This document shows, piece after piece, positions 51,833 through 64,000 of a stretch of DNA of 64,000 nucleotides (within the stretch, counting starts at the first letter, position 1; each line of letters begins with the position of its first letter). The translations under genes were made by a program, and so were the position numbers. Under the pieces are notes generated by a model. The model had not been told where the DNA came from and did no database searches. It was given only the letters and a program-made list of their open reading frames with translations. Source of the stretch: Phoronis australis (taxonomy: Eukaryota; Animalia; Phoronida); the NCBI GenBank assembly GCA_002633005.1, contig NMRA01000294.1:481999-545998 (forward strand). Direction: 5' to 3'.

Positions 51833-52036
51833 TACATGTAAAATAACTTATTGTGTATGAAAATGATTTATTTGCATTCGTAATAGTATGTCATTGTAAT
51901 CTTAACATCAGTTTTGTTTTAATTAATACGTTTGTGTATAATAATTGTATATAGATTTCTTTGTATATAATGCCTCTTGGCGCTTTCTGGGCAATGTATA
52001 TTCATTGTATTGAAGATTTTGCAATAAACATTAAAA
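51833..52036 (+). mobile_element. 5'-truncated retroposed insertion (LINE 3' UTR) with 14-bp TSD
   Basis: AAGAACGTTAAAGT at 51819-51832 and 52037-52050 flanks a T-rich segment ending AATAAA-CATT-A run. Confidence 0.8.
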
Positions 52037-52936
52037 AAGAACGTTAAAGTCTACTAGCAGCTGGAGATGACCCACATACACTTCAAACAAAATTCAAATC
52101 CCCTTCTTGAAATATTGGGTCTGCGACATTTTTAAACTCGATTTCGCTATGACATTGAAAACGAGGTCAACGTCGCTAAAATCGACTGGTACCTACAGAT
52201 GCACCATCTACAGTAGAAAATGTGAACAAACCTAAAACTCCCTTGTTGTAATATCCCGCAAACAACATTTCCGTTAACCAAAACATAATTTTCTCGATAT
52301 TGGCTCGAAAATTGGGTCACAAAATCAACTGGGGCCGGGGGGTGCCACCCACACCTCAGCTCACTAAACTTAATTCTTGAGATTGAGTTTCAGTAAAATA
52401 GTTCCAATTCAAAACTTGATTTTCTCTCTGTGACCTTTCAGATGTAAAAAGAAGTTTATTATTAACAATCAACTTAAAACATAACAATTACGTAACATAG
52501 TTTAACCATCATGTACACATATGTTCAACCAGTCTGGCCAATGCAATAAAAAGTTACGTAAACAACAGGCTGAGAGGTAAGCATCTTTCACTTAACAGCT
52601 GATACTCATAATGCTGAAGTAGATGGATCTTTTAACATCTATTAATCAATTATCTGTTGCTTGACCTAGCAACACATGGTCTTGACATAGTACGTTTTTA
52701 TCTGTAAATATGTCTGAGGTTTGCCGGGACACAAAAGAATCTTCACAATTTGATGTATACTTAAACACTACGTCAGCGCAACCAATAATGCTGATATATG
52801 ACATAACTTCTTAATCTACGAATCCACTTTAAACTAAAAAGCTCCAAAAATGCATTTCGGGAACCATTAAATTCTCGAATTCTGTTACGTAAAAACTACG
52901 TAAATCAGAATCAGTGATGTCAGTTTTAATCCGAAA

Positions 52937-53478
52937 TCTGTTAGTACTCAACATTCTACAGATTGTCTGTTAGTACACAACATTCTACAGCTTGTCTGTT
53001 AGTACACAGCATTCTACAGCTTGTCTGTTAGTACACAACATTCTACAGCTTGTCTGTTAGTACACAACATTCTACAGCTTGTCTGTTAGTACACAGCATT
53101 CTGCGGCTTGTCTGTTAGAACACAACATTCTGTGGCTTGTCTGTTAGTACACAACATTCTGCGGCTTGTCTGTTAGNTTCTACAGCTTGTCTGTTAGTAC
53201 ACAACATTCTACAGCTTGTCTGTTAGAACACAACATTCTACAGCTTGTCTGTTAGTACACAACGTTCTACAGTTTGTCTGTTAGTACGCAACATTCTACA
53301 GCTGGTCTGTTACTACACAACAATCTACAGCTTGTCTGTTAGTACCCAACATTCTACAGCTTTTCTTTTAGTACACAATATACTAAAGCTTGTCTGTTTT
53401 TACCCAATATTCTACAGCTTGTCTGTTTGTACCCAACATTCTACAGCTTGCCTGTTAGTACACAACATTTTATGGCTT
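52937..53478. repeat. 29-bp minisatellite (CTTGTCTGTTAGTACACAACATTCTACAG), ~18 copies
   Basis: Direct periodicity; single N join at 53177. Confidence 0.95.
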
Positions 53479-54249
53479 TTGCGAAACTAGAATCAACAAA
53501 GTTGAACGTTAGAGATGAAGTTAACAAACAAAACATGTTTTTTCACCACTCACGAAAAATTGCTGCTTTTCCAACATATCGATAAAAAACTAAAGTTGAT
53601 TAAATTCGGTCTAGTGCGGAAGACTAATGACCCCTGTTGGTCCAGTATTTGTAAAGGTACAAAATTTTTGTCGAATTACCTCCCTAAAGCAAAGAACAAA
53701 GTGAAAGAAGAGTTGAGATACTATAAGTTACACACAAACGCTGACAACACACAAATTCACTTTCAGAGCCAAACAAGCCATAATTCTATGATTATACCTT
53801 TTTTGTAGCAGACCAGTTGTAAACAGATGTATTGTTATGAGTCGGCAATAGTTAGTTGCAGGGTTGTAGCATTTTCAGAACCAGTTTTCTCCGCTGAGGT
53901 TTTTAAAGGAAGAGGCACCAAAATATAAAAAAATTCCACTGAATAAAAATATACTTTATAAGTACCACAAAAATGGTAAAGTCGCTATAAAAAGATTTGA
54001 TATCGATCATTTGATATCTTGAATCATATTGGTTCTGCTAATTTTATTCTGATTATCATGCTAAATAAACATGAAAAACCCCAAATTCCAATGATTCAAT
54101 AACTTCCATTAGCGGTGATGGTGAAGACATACAGAAGCACAATATGACAGGTTAGTGTTTACAAATTTGACAGTTTTGAGTACCTCCCCTAATCGTTGCA
54201 AGAGATCTCTTAGACCGGCCCAATATACTTTGAAGACCTTTTATTTTTT

Positions 54250-55030
54250 ACTCTAATTAACAATTTCAGTCGAATTTTAACTCTAAATCGTGAAATATTT
54301 TTATCCAAGAAAGATTAATTTCGGGTCATAAGTATAACTAGCACCCTTTGCTATTCCCAATCAAAATACATTGAGTACTTATGAAACTGGTCTACGATAT
54401 TAAAACTTGAAGAATGCCTCAAAGTGTCATTAGAACCGTTTAAACGGATGGCAGTATCGTCTACAAACTGCTGAAGTTTAGACTCATATAATTATGAGGG
54501 CGTGTGCCTCACTTTGTATTTCTGTTTTGACAACAAAATACCTATCATCACACATGAATAAATGTGGCTCGTCTTATGACTTACAGCGGCTAATATTGAA
54601 ATATTCTGATGTGACGCCATATTTTATCACACAAACAATACTGCTGGTATTCAAAAATCGAATCAAGGCAGTGGAGTTTTCCTTGAAATTAAAAACGGCA
54701 TGGTGTTATCATAGATCACAATCCTGGAAATAGAATCAGAGGCTTTCTCAAAGTTTATTTCACCAAGGATATCATTGTCTTCAGTAAAGTTTGATATAAC
54801 ACCCACAAATCTCCTTTTTATAAAGCCTTTTTGATTTTCATGATTAATCTCACTACTGACACGTTTGATACGTAGTGCTACACAGGGACAATACTTTGCA
54901 ACTAGCAATAAGGAGGGTTATAGATCGCTAATTTTTTACCAATCCAAAACCACAATTGAAAGACTTCACCGAAAAGATACATTGTTTCTCAAATTTGTTT
55001 TTAAAATTCCACAGACAATAGTCAGGGCCT
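54250..55030 (-). pseudogene. L1/Tx1-type ORF2 reverse transcriptase remnant
   Basis: ALRIKRVSSEINHENQKGFIKRRFVG; INFEKASDSIS; SKLQQFVDDTAIRLNGS. Confidence 0.75.
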
Positions 55031-55222
55031 CGTGGCGTTTTATCAATTAATCGGTACTTGTGGTAACGCTATAATTGTACCTTCCTGCAGGGTTCCCCTG
55101 CGTGTAAACTTCTGGGCGGCCCGACGCTCCTTTTTGGCCCTGCCACACGTAAATCATACTCAAATTGACCGCCACACGCCTAATCGTGACGGGAAAACTT
55201 CACCGCCACAGAAAAATTGCTA

Positions 55223-55385
55223 CTAAAAATAATCGCTAGCAAAAATGATCGCTAGTAAAAATGATCGCTAGTAAAAATGATCGCTAGTAAAAATGATCGC
55301 TAGTAAAAATGATCGCTCGTAAATTGATCGCTAGTAAAATGAATCGCAAGTAAAAATGATCACTAGTAAAAATGATCCCGAGTAA
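55223..55385. repeat. 16-bp minisatellite (AAAAATGATCGCTAGT) x~10
   Basis: Direct periodicity. Confidence 0.92.
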
Positions 55386-55476
55386 TTATGAATAAGTTCA
55401 AATCACACGGCACCTTTCGCCGTTTGTGAATCGAAAGGGAAAGATGATAATTTTACAATGGGATCTTGAATTGTGN

Positions 55477-56369
55477 CTAGTGTCACGCGCTAGTGTCACG
55501 CGCTAGTGTCACGCGCTAGTGTCACGCGCTAGTGTCACGCGCTAGTGTCACGCGCTAGTGTCACGCGCTAGTGTCACGCGCTAGTGTCACGCGCTAGTGT
55601 CACGCGCTAGTGTCACGCGCTAGTGTCACGCGCTAGTGTCACGCGCTAGTGTCACGCGCTAGTGTCACGCGCTAGTGTCACGCGCTAGTGTCACGCGCTA
55701 GTGTCACGCGCTAGTGTCACGCGCTAGTGTCACGCGCTAGTGTCACGCGCTAGTGTCACGCGCTAGTGTCACGCGCTAGTGTCACGCGCTAGTGTCACGC
55801 GCTAGTGTCACGCGCTAGTGTCACGCGCTAGTGTCACGCGCTAGTGTCACGCGCTAGTGTCACGCGCTAGTGTCACGCGCTAGTGTCACGCGCTAGTGTC
55901 ACGCGCTAGTGTCACGCGCTAGTGTCACGCGCTAGTGTCACGCGCTAGTGTCACGCGCTAGTGTCACGCGCTAGTGTCACGCGCTAGTGTCACGCGCTAG
56001 TGTCACGCGCTAGTGTCACGCGCTAGTGTCACGCGCTAGTGTCACGCGCTAGTGTCACGCGCTAGTGTCACGCGCTAGTGTCACGCGCTAGTGTCACGCG
56101 CTAGTGTCACGCGCTAGTGTCACGCGCTAGTGTCACGCGCTAGTGTCACGCGCTAGTGTCACGCGCTAGTGTCACGCGCTAGTGTCACGCGCTAGTGTCA
56201 CGCGCTAGTGTCACGCGCTAGTGTCACGCGCTAGTGTCACGCGCTAGTGTCACGCGCTAGTGTCACGCGCTAGTGTCACGCGCTAGTGTCACGCGCTAGT
56301 GTCACGCGCTAGTGTCACGCGCTAGTGTCACGCGCTAGTGTCACGCGCTAGTGTCACGCGCTAGTGTCA
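55477..56369. repeat. Perfect 13-bp tandem array (CTAGTGTCACGCG) x~68
   Basis: No variant unit seen; begins directly after an N at 55476. Confidence 0.95.
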
Positions 56370-58016
56370 TTTTATTGCCAATTTGTCTTGCGAAGTGTCC
56401 TCTACCCAGATACTTCCACTACATGATGTTTGGGTTAGGGTCTTTTCTATGATGAGCAAACTGAAACCAATTACGTCTAATTTTGCCTGGGGAAGGTCTC
56501 CCAACCCCCCCCCCTCTGATGGGAGGATCTCACTTCATCCCATGCTCGCAGGTGGCGCCAGGTTCCACATCCGCGTCGAGCATTCACCACCACGCTCCTT
56601 TCGAAACCCAGACAATAGGGGGGTCCCACTTCTCATATTCGCGTGCGGCAACGGGCTTTGCACCCCGTTTTGGTCATTTACCACCACGCTCCTTTCAAAA
56701 CCCAGGGGAAACACTGGTATTTAATGTTGGAATACCCTATGAGGCTGTAAATATTGTATGCAAGTCACTATTACATAAATTCTACAAAATTTTAAACAAA
56801 TCAGAATTTGCCTGTAGTAGAGCATCATGTTAAAGAAATGTTGACTATTTTAAAAATAACAATTTTCCAAATTAGGCAAAAATTTTATTGGTTTTTCACC
56901 ATATTCGACCCATATAACTCTTGTACTGAAGTCATGCTCAAGAGCCATCAGAATAGACTGACGCTTAGAGTTGCTCCACTTCGACTTCGAGACAAAATAT
57001 GAACAATACCTATAGCGTCTTTCATTAGATCAGTATCCTGCTATCAAAAATTCCCGCCATGCCCTACTCAAAATTGATCTTTTTTTCACTGTGACCAAAA
57101 TCAACCAACGCTTAGAATTGCCGCAGCTACACCTTGGTACAAAATGAGAACAAAATCTAAAGCTTCCTTCTAGATCAAACATCGCGTCAACGACATTTTC
57201 CCAATCTGTCACCTTGAAAATGATGTCAAGGTCAAAAACTCAGAGTGGCGCCTGGGGACATCCCACCGATATTCTTCACCTCGGTACAGAATATAAACAA
57301 AATGTGAATCTGCTAACAACATTTCGCGACGTAAGGATTTACAGTCAGGCATACTATATATGACAACAGTAACATGTTTGTTAACATCCTTGTTTTCGCA
57401 GTGACTTTCGAAATACGTACTGAAATTAACCCGCCAGACGGAGATCAAGTCTTTGGTGAATAGGCGTTCAGCGCCACTTACAAATACCATGTAATGTGGA
57501 CGAGAGGTTTCAACCTACAACAGCATTTTAACACCTTTCCTGCAATCAAACTGTCGAAAAATTTCCACTGATGTTTGGTGGAATGAACGAAAAAAGGGGC
57601 AAAACTTTTGAAATATCAACTGATGAGCAAGGACGATCTGTTCCATACATTTCCCGGAGGGCACTGCAAAGATCATGGTTTACGGCGACAAAGCCAGTGG
57701 TTGTCTCAGATAAAGCGAGAATTTCGATCCCAGTTAGTTTCAAAAAACTATAAAAAATAGCGAACTTTAACTAATCAAACAATGGGAAAAGCTCACAGAG
57801 GAGCTCATTTCTCTGCTTTATATTCATGAGCCCCTATGTATTCTGAATTTCTCTCCACCAAATCTGAGTCGGAATGAATCGGAAGTCGATCATTTTCGTG
57901 CTCTCATTACTCTAGAGAGCGCCTACATGAAAAGGTTCTTATTGAAATGATACTAAGTTTTTCACAAATTGGAGCGTGCGATTTGAGATGCCCAAACATT
58001 AGGCCACGCTTCCCCC

Positions 58017-58080
58017 ACTCAGTCGACTTAGTACTAAGCCGACTCAGTACTCAGCCGACTTAGAACTCAGCCGACTTAGT
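58017..58080. repeat. 16-bp tandem repeat x4 (ACTCAGCCGACTTAGT)
   Basis: Direct periodicity. Confidence 0.85.
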
Positions 58081-61000
58081 AAGAAGTTTTCAAAATTGAT
58101 CCAAACGTTTTGCGTTATGACCAGGGCAAACGAGCATCTTGTGGTATTTACGGTATAGTTGAAGCCTGAAATAGAATGGTGTTTTTTACGAGATTTGAGT
58201 CTAAATACTAATGCATTTTTATACGTGTGCCAGCCAAAGTCTTGGTGCTGGTGCAGAGCTGGGTGTTTACGCTCACATATGAGCCACCTCTTGGCAGTTG
58301 ATTAAAGAGACATTCTCGACGAGAAAAGGAAGTGACTCAACAAAAATCGGATGAAATCGAAACAACTGTAGGTTCGAAGTAGCAACCGAACACTCTGCTG
58401 CTGAGCCAAATCACACGTGTCGAATATCAGAGTATTTTAATACCTTTTAAATGGTAAAACACTGGGCATGAATTCAGCGAATGTTTGACAGACAAAGACA
58501 AGAATTGGTGATTTGTAATAAAATCACATAAACAAAGCAGACTTTCTTATTTTTATAACTCATATCACTAATATCTTCTAGAAATAATCCCAATATGCGT
58601 TTTTCGGCCGTAAAACCGATAATGAGCAATAGTTGTATTAATCCACTAATGAGCAACTTGCGTTGAAAGAGCCTCTGTCCATGACAATATATTTCTAAGC
58701 ATACGCCTCCATAGTATTTTATATCAATAACAATTTGAATCGTGACGAACACTAACACCAAGATTTTTATAATTTCTCATTTTCCCATCGTAAATCCTCG
58801 TATATTAGTAGGATTGACAGTCATAGTTCTAATATCCTTCGGCGAAATTACTTCAACGGCAACTACATATTATTGAAGTCATATTATTAGCGAATCCTAG
58901 GTCAGCAATAATATAACTATCGATGCTGGTAATCTCAAAATAAGCAATCGCAATTTTAAACTCAAGGGCGGAGAAATAAAGGATTCAGTCAACAACGCCG
59001 ATATTTCATACAAAATGTAACAGTCTGCTACAGTGAATCTATTGTTGAAATTAATGTGTTCATTTAGCCTTGTTTTTTTACTTTGGAAGCTATCCATTCA
59101 TTGTTAGATTAAATTTATGTTTTTTTATCAAACTCCAGCGAGCTCCTTTGGGAATGCGATATTTAGCGGCGGTATTACGTTACACGCGTTTAAAAATTAA
59201 TAAAACATGGTTTAATAAAATCATGACATGACCCTATACATAGCTTTACTCCGTTATACCCTTTTATCTACTTAACCTTTGGTTTCGACCATGAAGACAG
59301 AACTGCGTTCCGTAGACGCAGGAATCTCGCGAAAACGCATGGTGACGCAAGTCTGTAAGATATCGACACGAATTACAAGGAAACTACGTGACAAACACTA
59401 GCTTTCCCCCACAAGAGCGTCGAGTCTACGGAACGCCTCCTCTATGTACGTGTCTAACTTTAGGGTCCTGTCCCGAACTAGCTTAGTTCAAGGGTTAATG
59501 GACAGGGGGGTTTGACAACGAATAACATTACAACACGGATTATGAGATAATGCCAAACGAACTTCAATATTACACGCTGAACTAGTTGTGACTATGCCTT
59601 TAGCTGTGCTTAGACGTTCTGAGAACAAGTTCTACGTTGTCGTCAGACCCAGCTGGCTTTAGTAAATTGAACGCTGGGAGATGAAGTCCGTGCACTAGAC
59701 CACCAGGGAAACCTTTTCCCTCCGGGTAATGGCGCGGTGGTTCAGGAGACAGTAGATTACAGATTGACATCAGTGTATTCATTACCATACAATCTGCGAG
59801 CAGAACTGATAAGTTTTTAATAAAAATGACTGGACTAGAATGACAAATAGTATTAAACGCCTGTTACTGTGATTGACCGCTACTCTTATTTCATTAAGTC
59901 ATTGAATATATGATTGATTTCATACTTTTTGCCAAGATTGTATTTTGGATGTGCTCCGCTTCAACGAAAACCAGAGCTTCAAAAAGAAACGAAAGGTAGC
60001 TAAAATAGAACAATCCATGTATCTGTCGCACATCGTATTACTTTATATGATTTTTTCTTGTTAAAATAACAGAAATAAAAATTCAATGTTGGACTTCAGA
60101 AGTGGGACTCCTATATTAGTATCAGAAGGCCACGCTCGAAGACGACCGTGTAAAGTGGAGCGACAAAAGAACGAAGCCGCCTATATTGATATAGAGGGCC
60201 CTCTTTTTTCCACCTTTTGGTGGGCCCTGTATATTAATATAGAAAATCTCACTATAGAGTTTGTCGTTTTTCGATCACCTTCGGTCATGGGCCAAGCACT
60301 ACCCAAGGTGGAAATTTGCCACTGTGACGCCCCCTAACGGCTATTCTTGCATCCATAGCTGTGAAATATGACCATTTCATTGCTAAGTTATTTTATGATA
60401 GCAATGAATGTGCCCCATTTGCCGAAAAAAGTTCCTATAAATAAAAAATTATATTTCTCTGTTTAACAAAGAAAATTCTTTAAGTTCATCCAAATTAGGT
60501 TACAAGATATAAAGGCGGTAGAAAAATAGAAAGCAGTGGGGGTAATTTAATAACTGGATTTCTTTGAAACATGAAGCTTAAAAATATATTCACCGTCCGT
60601 GCTTCCTGTCTGAATGAACTAACATGCTGTTTGATACGTTGTAGTTCCATGAAACAAAGTTTTTTTCATAGTCGAAACAAAACTTTTTATTTGACATTCC
60701 CACGAGCCAGCCAGAAAGACTTCATTGGTAACAAACATCGTTAACCGTATTTTGTTTGATTAGTGGACAATTATCTTGCTACAGTTGAGGTACTTAAGGA
60801 TCTTTGCAAGGTTCTTTATCAGTTACGTAAACCCGATTAAAACAGAAGTGACAATAGTAATGCATTCTGGCGAAACAGTCGCCTGTGTCTGTGTTGCGTG
60901 AGAACCGTGGAATAATATAGAATCAGTCTGTCTGCTATCTTCAGTGAACATGAACTAGGTGATTATTTCAGTTTTAATTCCAAATGAAACTTATTCGCAA

Positions 61001-61784
61001 TTCTTGACGACACCGTCCATCAAGACAAACTTTCTCCAGAAAGTTATAGGTTAATTTTGTTTTGTTTTTGTTTTATTCCTCCTGGTGTTAGTGTAAAACG
61101 GTAACAAATTATAGAACAAGAAGAGGAAACGCACTAGAATTTTTAATTAAAACCAATGTGAAATTACAATGGATCTCATTATCCACAGATCATTCTGGAT
61201 CCGCGTCTGCGAGGTCACGCAAAACCCAAACAATCCACTCTGAGGTTATTCGCAGTTGTAACAACAATAAACAATCACATGCTTGAAATCCGCTAAGATA
61301 CATTGAACAGCATAGCCCAAGTCTAGTTTCATCACCCCTAATGACACACTTTGAACAGCGTATTTCATCACCCCTAATGTCTGTAGTAATAGCAACCTCC
61401 ATCTACGAAAAATACAGACAAAATATCACCTATATTCACATAAACACAAATGTATACTCACCACGACAAGTGTTCCCACTGTCAAACTATGCGTAAAGTT
61501 GCGCTCAACTCAGACAATGGGTGCCCGGTGGCAGTGCATAGTATTCAACTAACTGATCGATTGTATGTGGGGGCTCCTTAATCTGATGCCGAGAAGTGTC
61601 GGCAATTGACTGCAGCGACACCTGCTAGCTCCTGAGAAAATTAAATCGCACACCACCAACTGCGTTAGTCCCAGATAAGTAAACTTAAGGTATGCAAAGT
61701 TAACGCGGCATTACACCCTGCGTGCTTTCAGTCAAAATACAAATTTTATTAAGTCCACTTAATGCTATAAAATTAATCTTGAAT

Positions 61785-61889
61785 TGCTGTGCGTGAACTT
61801 GGAATCTTGCTTAATCTCAAGATCGCGTATGCGTGAACGTGGAATACGTGAGGAAACTTGAAAAGTTCACTCAAATAATCACGTTCACG
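61785..61889 (+). mobile_element. Left part of the Tc1-like MITE seen at 20207-20617
   Basis: tgctgtgcgtgaacttggaatc...ctcaaataatcacgttca aligns with 20208-20327. Confidence 0.8.
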
Positions 61890-61898
61890 CTGATAAAT

Positions 61899-61952
61899 AT
61901 AGATTATTACATGGCGAAGTCGTTATCCCCCGTTATCTAGAGCCCGAGTAGA
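61899..61952 (-). mobile_element. Right terminus of a family X element, cut by an N join
   Basis: Reverse complement of 15063-15113. Confidence 0.85.
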
Positions 61953-61953
61953 N

Positions 61954-62390
61954 CACACGTGGTTGAAATATGGTCCAGCTTCTTTGTAGCTTGTCGACTG
62001 TAATGGCTACCTCCGTGGCTTGAGCTGACAGGGTCTGAGCAGCCATAGTCCACAATAACTTTGGCGTGAACACAACACCAAGATACTTGTAGCTGGCATG
62101 GAAATCACTTCGAGTTTTTCACCTCCAAAATATCACATCTCGCAATTTCTCAAGGGACCTCCGTTTCTAAACACCATAACTGTGGTCTTCACTAAATTTA
62201 CAGACACACTCCATTCCTGGCAGAACTTACTTAAAGCACACAGTAGTTTTTGAAGTTTAACTGGAGATTAAGTACATAAACTAGCCATATCATCAGCATA
62301 TCACAAAATTTTCACATGGGAAACATTTTGACATAGAAAAATACCATCGTCATTACTAGAATGGATACATTCTACAAAGTCATTAGGTTT
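61954..62390 (-). pseudogene. RTEX-like non-LTR reverse transcriptase fragment
   Basis: YADDMA...SPVKLQKLLCALSKFCQEWSVSVNLVKTTVMVFRNGGPLRNCE..YFGGEKLEV..YKYLGVVFTPKL. Confidence 0.85.
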
Positions 62391-63734
62391 TTAAATAATC
62401 ACCATGAACTCCAATAATAAACTTTCAAAGACAAGTGACTGTGTAGACTCGATCCGACACGTGCTCTCTAATGAAACCGTGGACAAATGTAGTATTGAAA
62501 CAAATGCTTAAATTTTACATAATGTTAAACTCTATAGTTGTTTTTTTGTAAATTGCATAGAAAATTAATTGTGCCACAGTAAGAATTTACATGTTTGTCA
62601 CGTCTTCATGTGATGTGACCAACATATGACCTGTGTGAAGACATATGAATACAGTGCCTTCAACAATTTGCTTCTCAATATAAATGAGCTTCCCAGGTTG
62701 TACACGTGCGTCTGTTGATTTTAATTTTGCTTTTAAGACTCGTTTTAATAGGTTAAATAGAAAACTCGCGCATACAGTTGTACAAGTTTACTTTACTATT
62801 TAGACAGATTTATAGCAACACTTTACATATCACTTTTGGCTATGGATATTCTCATGCTACGACCGGTAGGGTTCGCGTTAATCACGGGCGGGCAGAGCCT
62901 GATAGTGGAAAGCAATAGAGTTCCTGAATCGAAAGTTGACAGAAGGAAACAAAAAACACCGACCTATCTGTTTGAGAGACCACGACCCCTAAGGCAAATC
63001 TCTTTTCACGAATCAAGACTAACGGACGACCTGCATCTAACTTCGTTGTAGCCCCCATGCGGTTTAGTTCTTGAAAGTTTCCATTCATATGCAATGCCCT
63101 CGAAGATCTCTCACGTTTATTCACTGCAAGATATCATGTGGCACGATTTTCCATTGAGAACACTCTTTTGGTATTCAATATCTCTAAAAGTTTATTGATT
63201 TGGATTGTGTAATGACGGGGTTACCTGGTTGTTGCACTTCGATTACTTGGTGTGCTCGTAGTTCATTGGAAAGCGCAATAACCCCTCCTGAGAAGTAATA
63301 GCATGACCCTTGAATGTTTCCTTTTGAGTGGGTCGGCCTGCTGTTTCAGATTGCGGCCATTTCCTTGAAAGCGCGCACCGTGAGGAGATGATGTCTTACC
63401 CGATACATGAAGGACGATACAGGTGCGTAACTTCTGTCATTAATTACATTTTTGTCTGGCTGATTGGAGTTACAGTTCTCCACCTGTGGCAACTGTTAGG
63501 TGTACTGGTAGTTGTTTTAAGTGTCGGCTGTATTTTACAGTAGTTGGGTTATACTCATACATTAGTGTTCGGGTCGTGATGACGCACATTTATTCAAAAG
63601 GATATTCACTGAGAAGACTCTGGCTTTAAGAGAAGAACTGCTGTCCGTGTAAATACTCTGAATATACATTTGAATTTATGTATTTCTGTATGAGTAAGCA
63701 AAGTCTACGATGTAAAATAAGTGATATTATTAGA

Positions 63735-63786
<52 letters not shown>
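63735..63786. repeat. (ATT)n microsatellite
   Basis: ~17 perfect units. Confidence 0.98.
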
Positions 63787-63787
<1 letters not shown>

Positions 63788-64000
63788 ATGGATATATCTA
63801 TCCATCTATCAAATGTATTATCATTACATGTAGCTTGCACTAGACGTTTGTTACTTGACTTGCTGAATTTAACGCTCTTTCTAATCCCGACTAACAATTG
63901 TACTAACATACTAACTAGGGCCCTAACATGCGTCCCGTTTTATGGAATCTGGATCCTATCTGTCCGGGTTTTTGTGTCCCGGTGTTTTGCGTAATAGTCC

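Noticed and set aside
52937-53478. CRISPR-like 29-bp repeats
   Set aside because: Units are contiguous with no unique spacers and no cas genes, so this is a minisatellite. The same applies to 35415-36321.
57030-57753. Cluster of short minus-strand ORFs
   Set aside because: May be a decayed coding region, but I recognise no motif or splice structure.

Overview
AT-rich, gene-free eukaryotic draft-assembly sequence. The repeat families resemble those of a marine invertebrate, but the taxon cannot be determined from the sequence. It contains three long N gaps and three single-N joins. I find no intact protein-coding gene, and nearly all listed ORFs are spurious or pieces of decayed transposons. 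Recognisable remnants are a DIRS/Ngaro tyrosine recombinase, four non-LTR retrotransposon types (L1/Tx1, CR1, L2 and RTEX-like), an Academ-type and a pogo-type transposase, Kolobok-type TTAA elements (one with a THAP start), Tc1- and hAT-like MITEs, a SINE head and several minisatellites. A ~5.2 kb tandem duplication across a gap is probably an uncollapsed haplotype. Three signals stand out. (1) Two unrelated non-coding mobile families, called X and Y here, share a dumbbell architecture in which an internal 25-nt segment is the reverse complement of the joined right|left termini, as in the DIRS internal complementary region. X also shows a shared target flank, a head-to-tail dimer and an internal tRNA-like promoter. 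(2) Long hairpins carry mismatches that are systematically TC/TC on the + strand, i.e. tandem G.A pairs on the - strand, implying strand-specific folding. (3) Five hairpins with a conserved loop and covarying stems sit right after the tyrosine recombinase stop codon. All alignments and family assignments were made by eye, with no database search.
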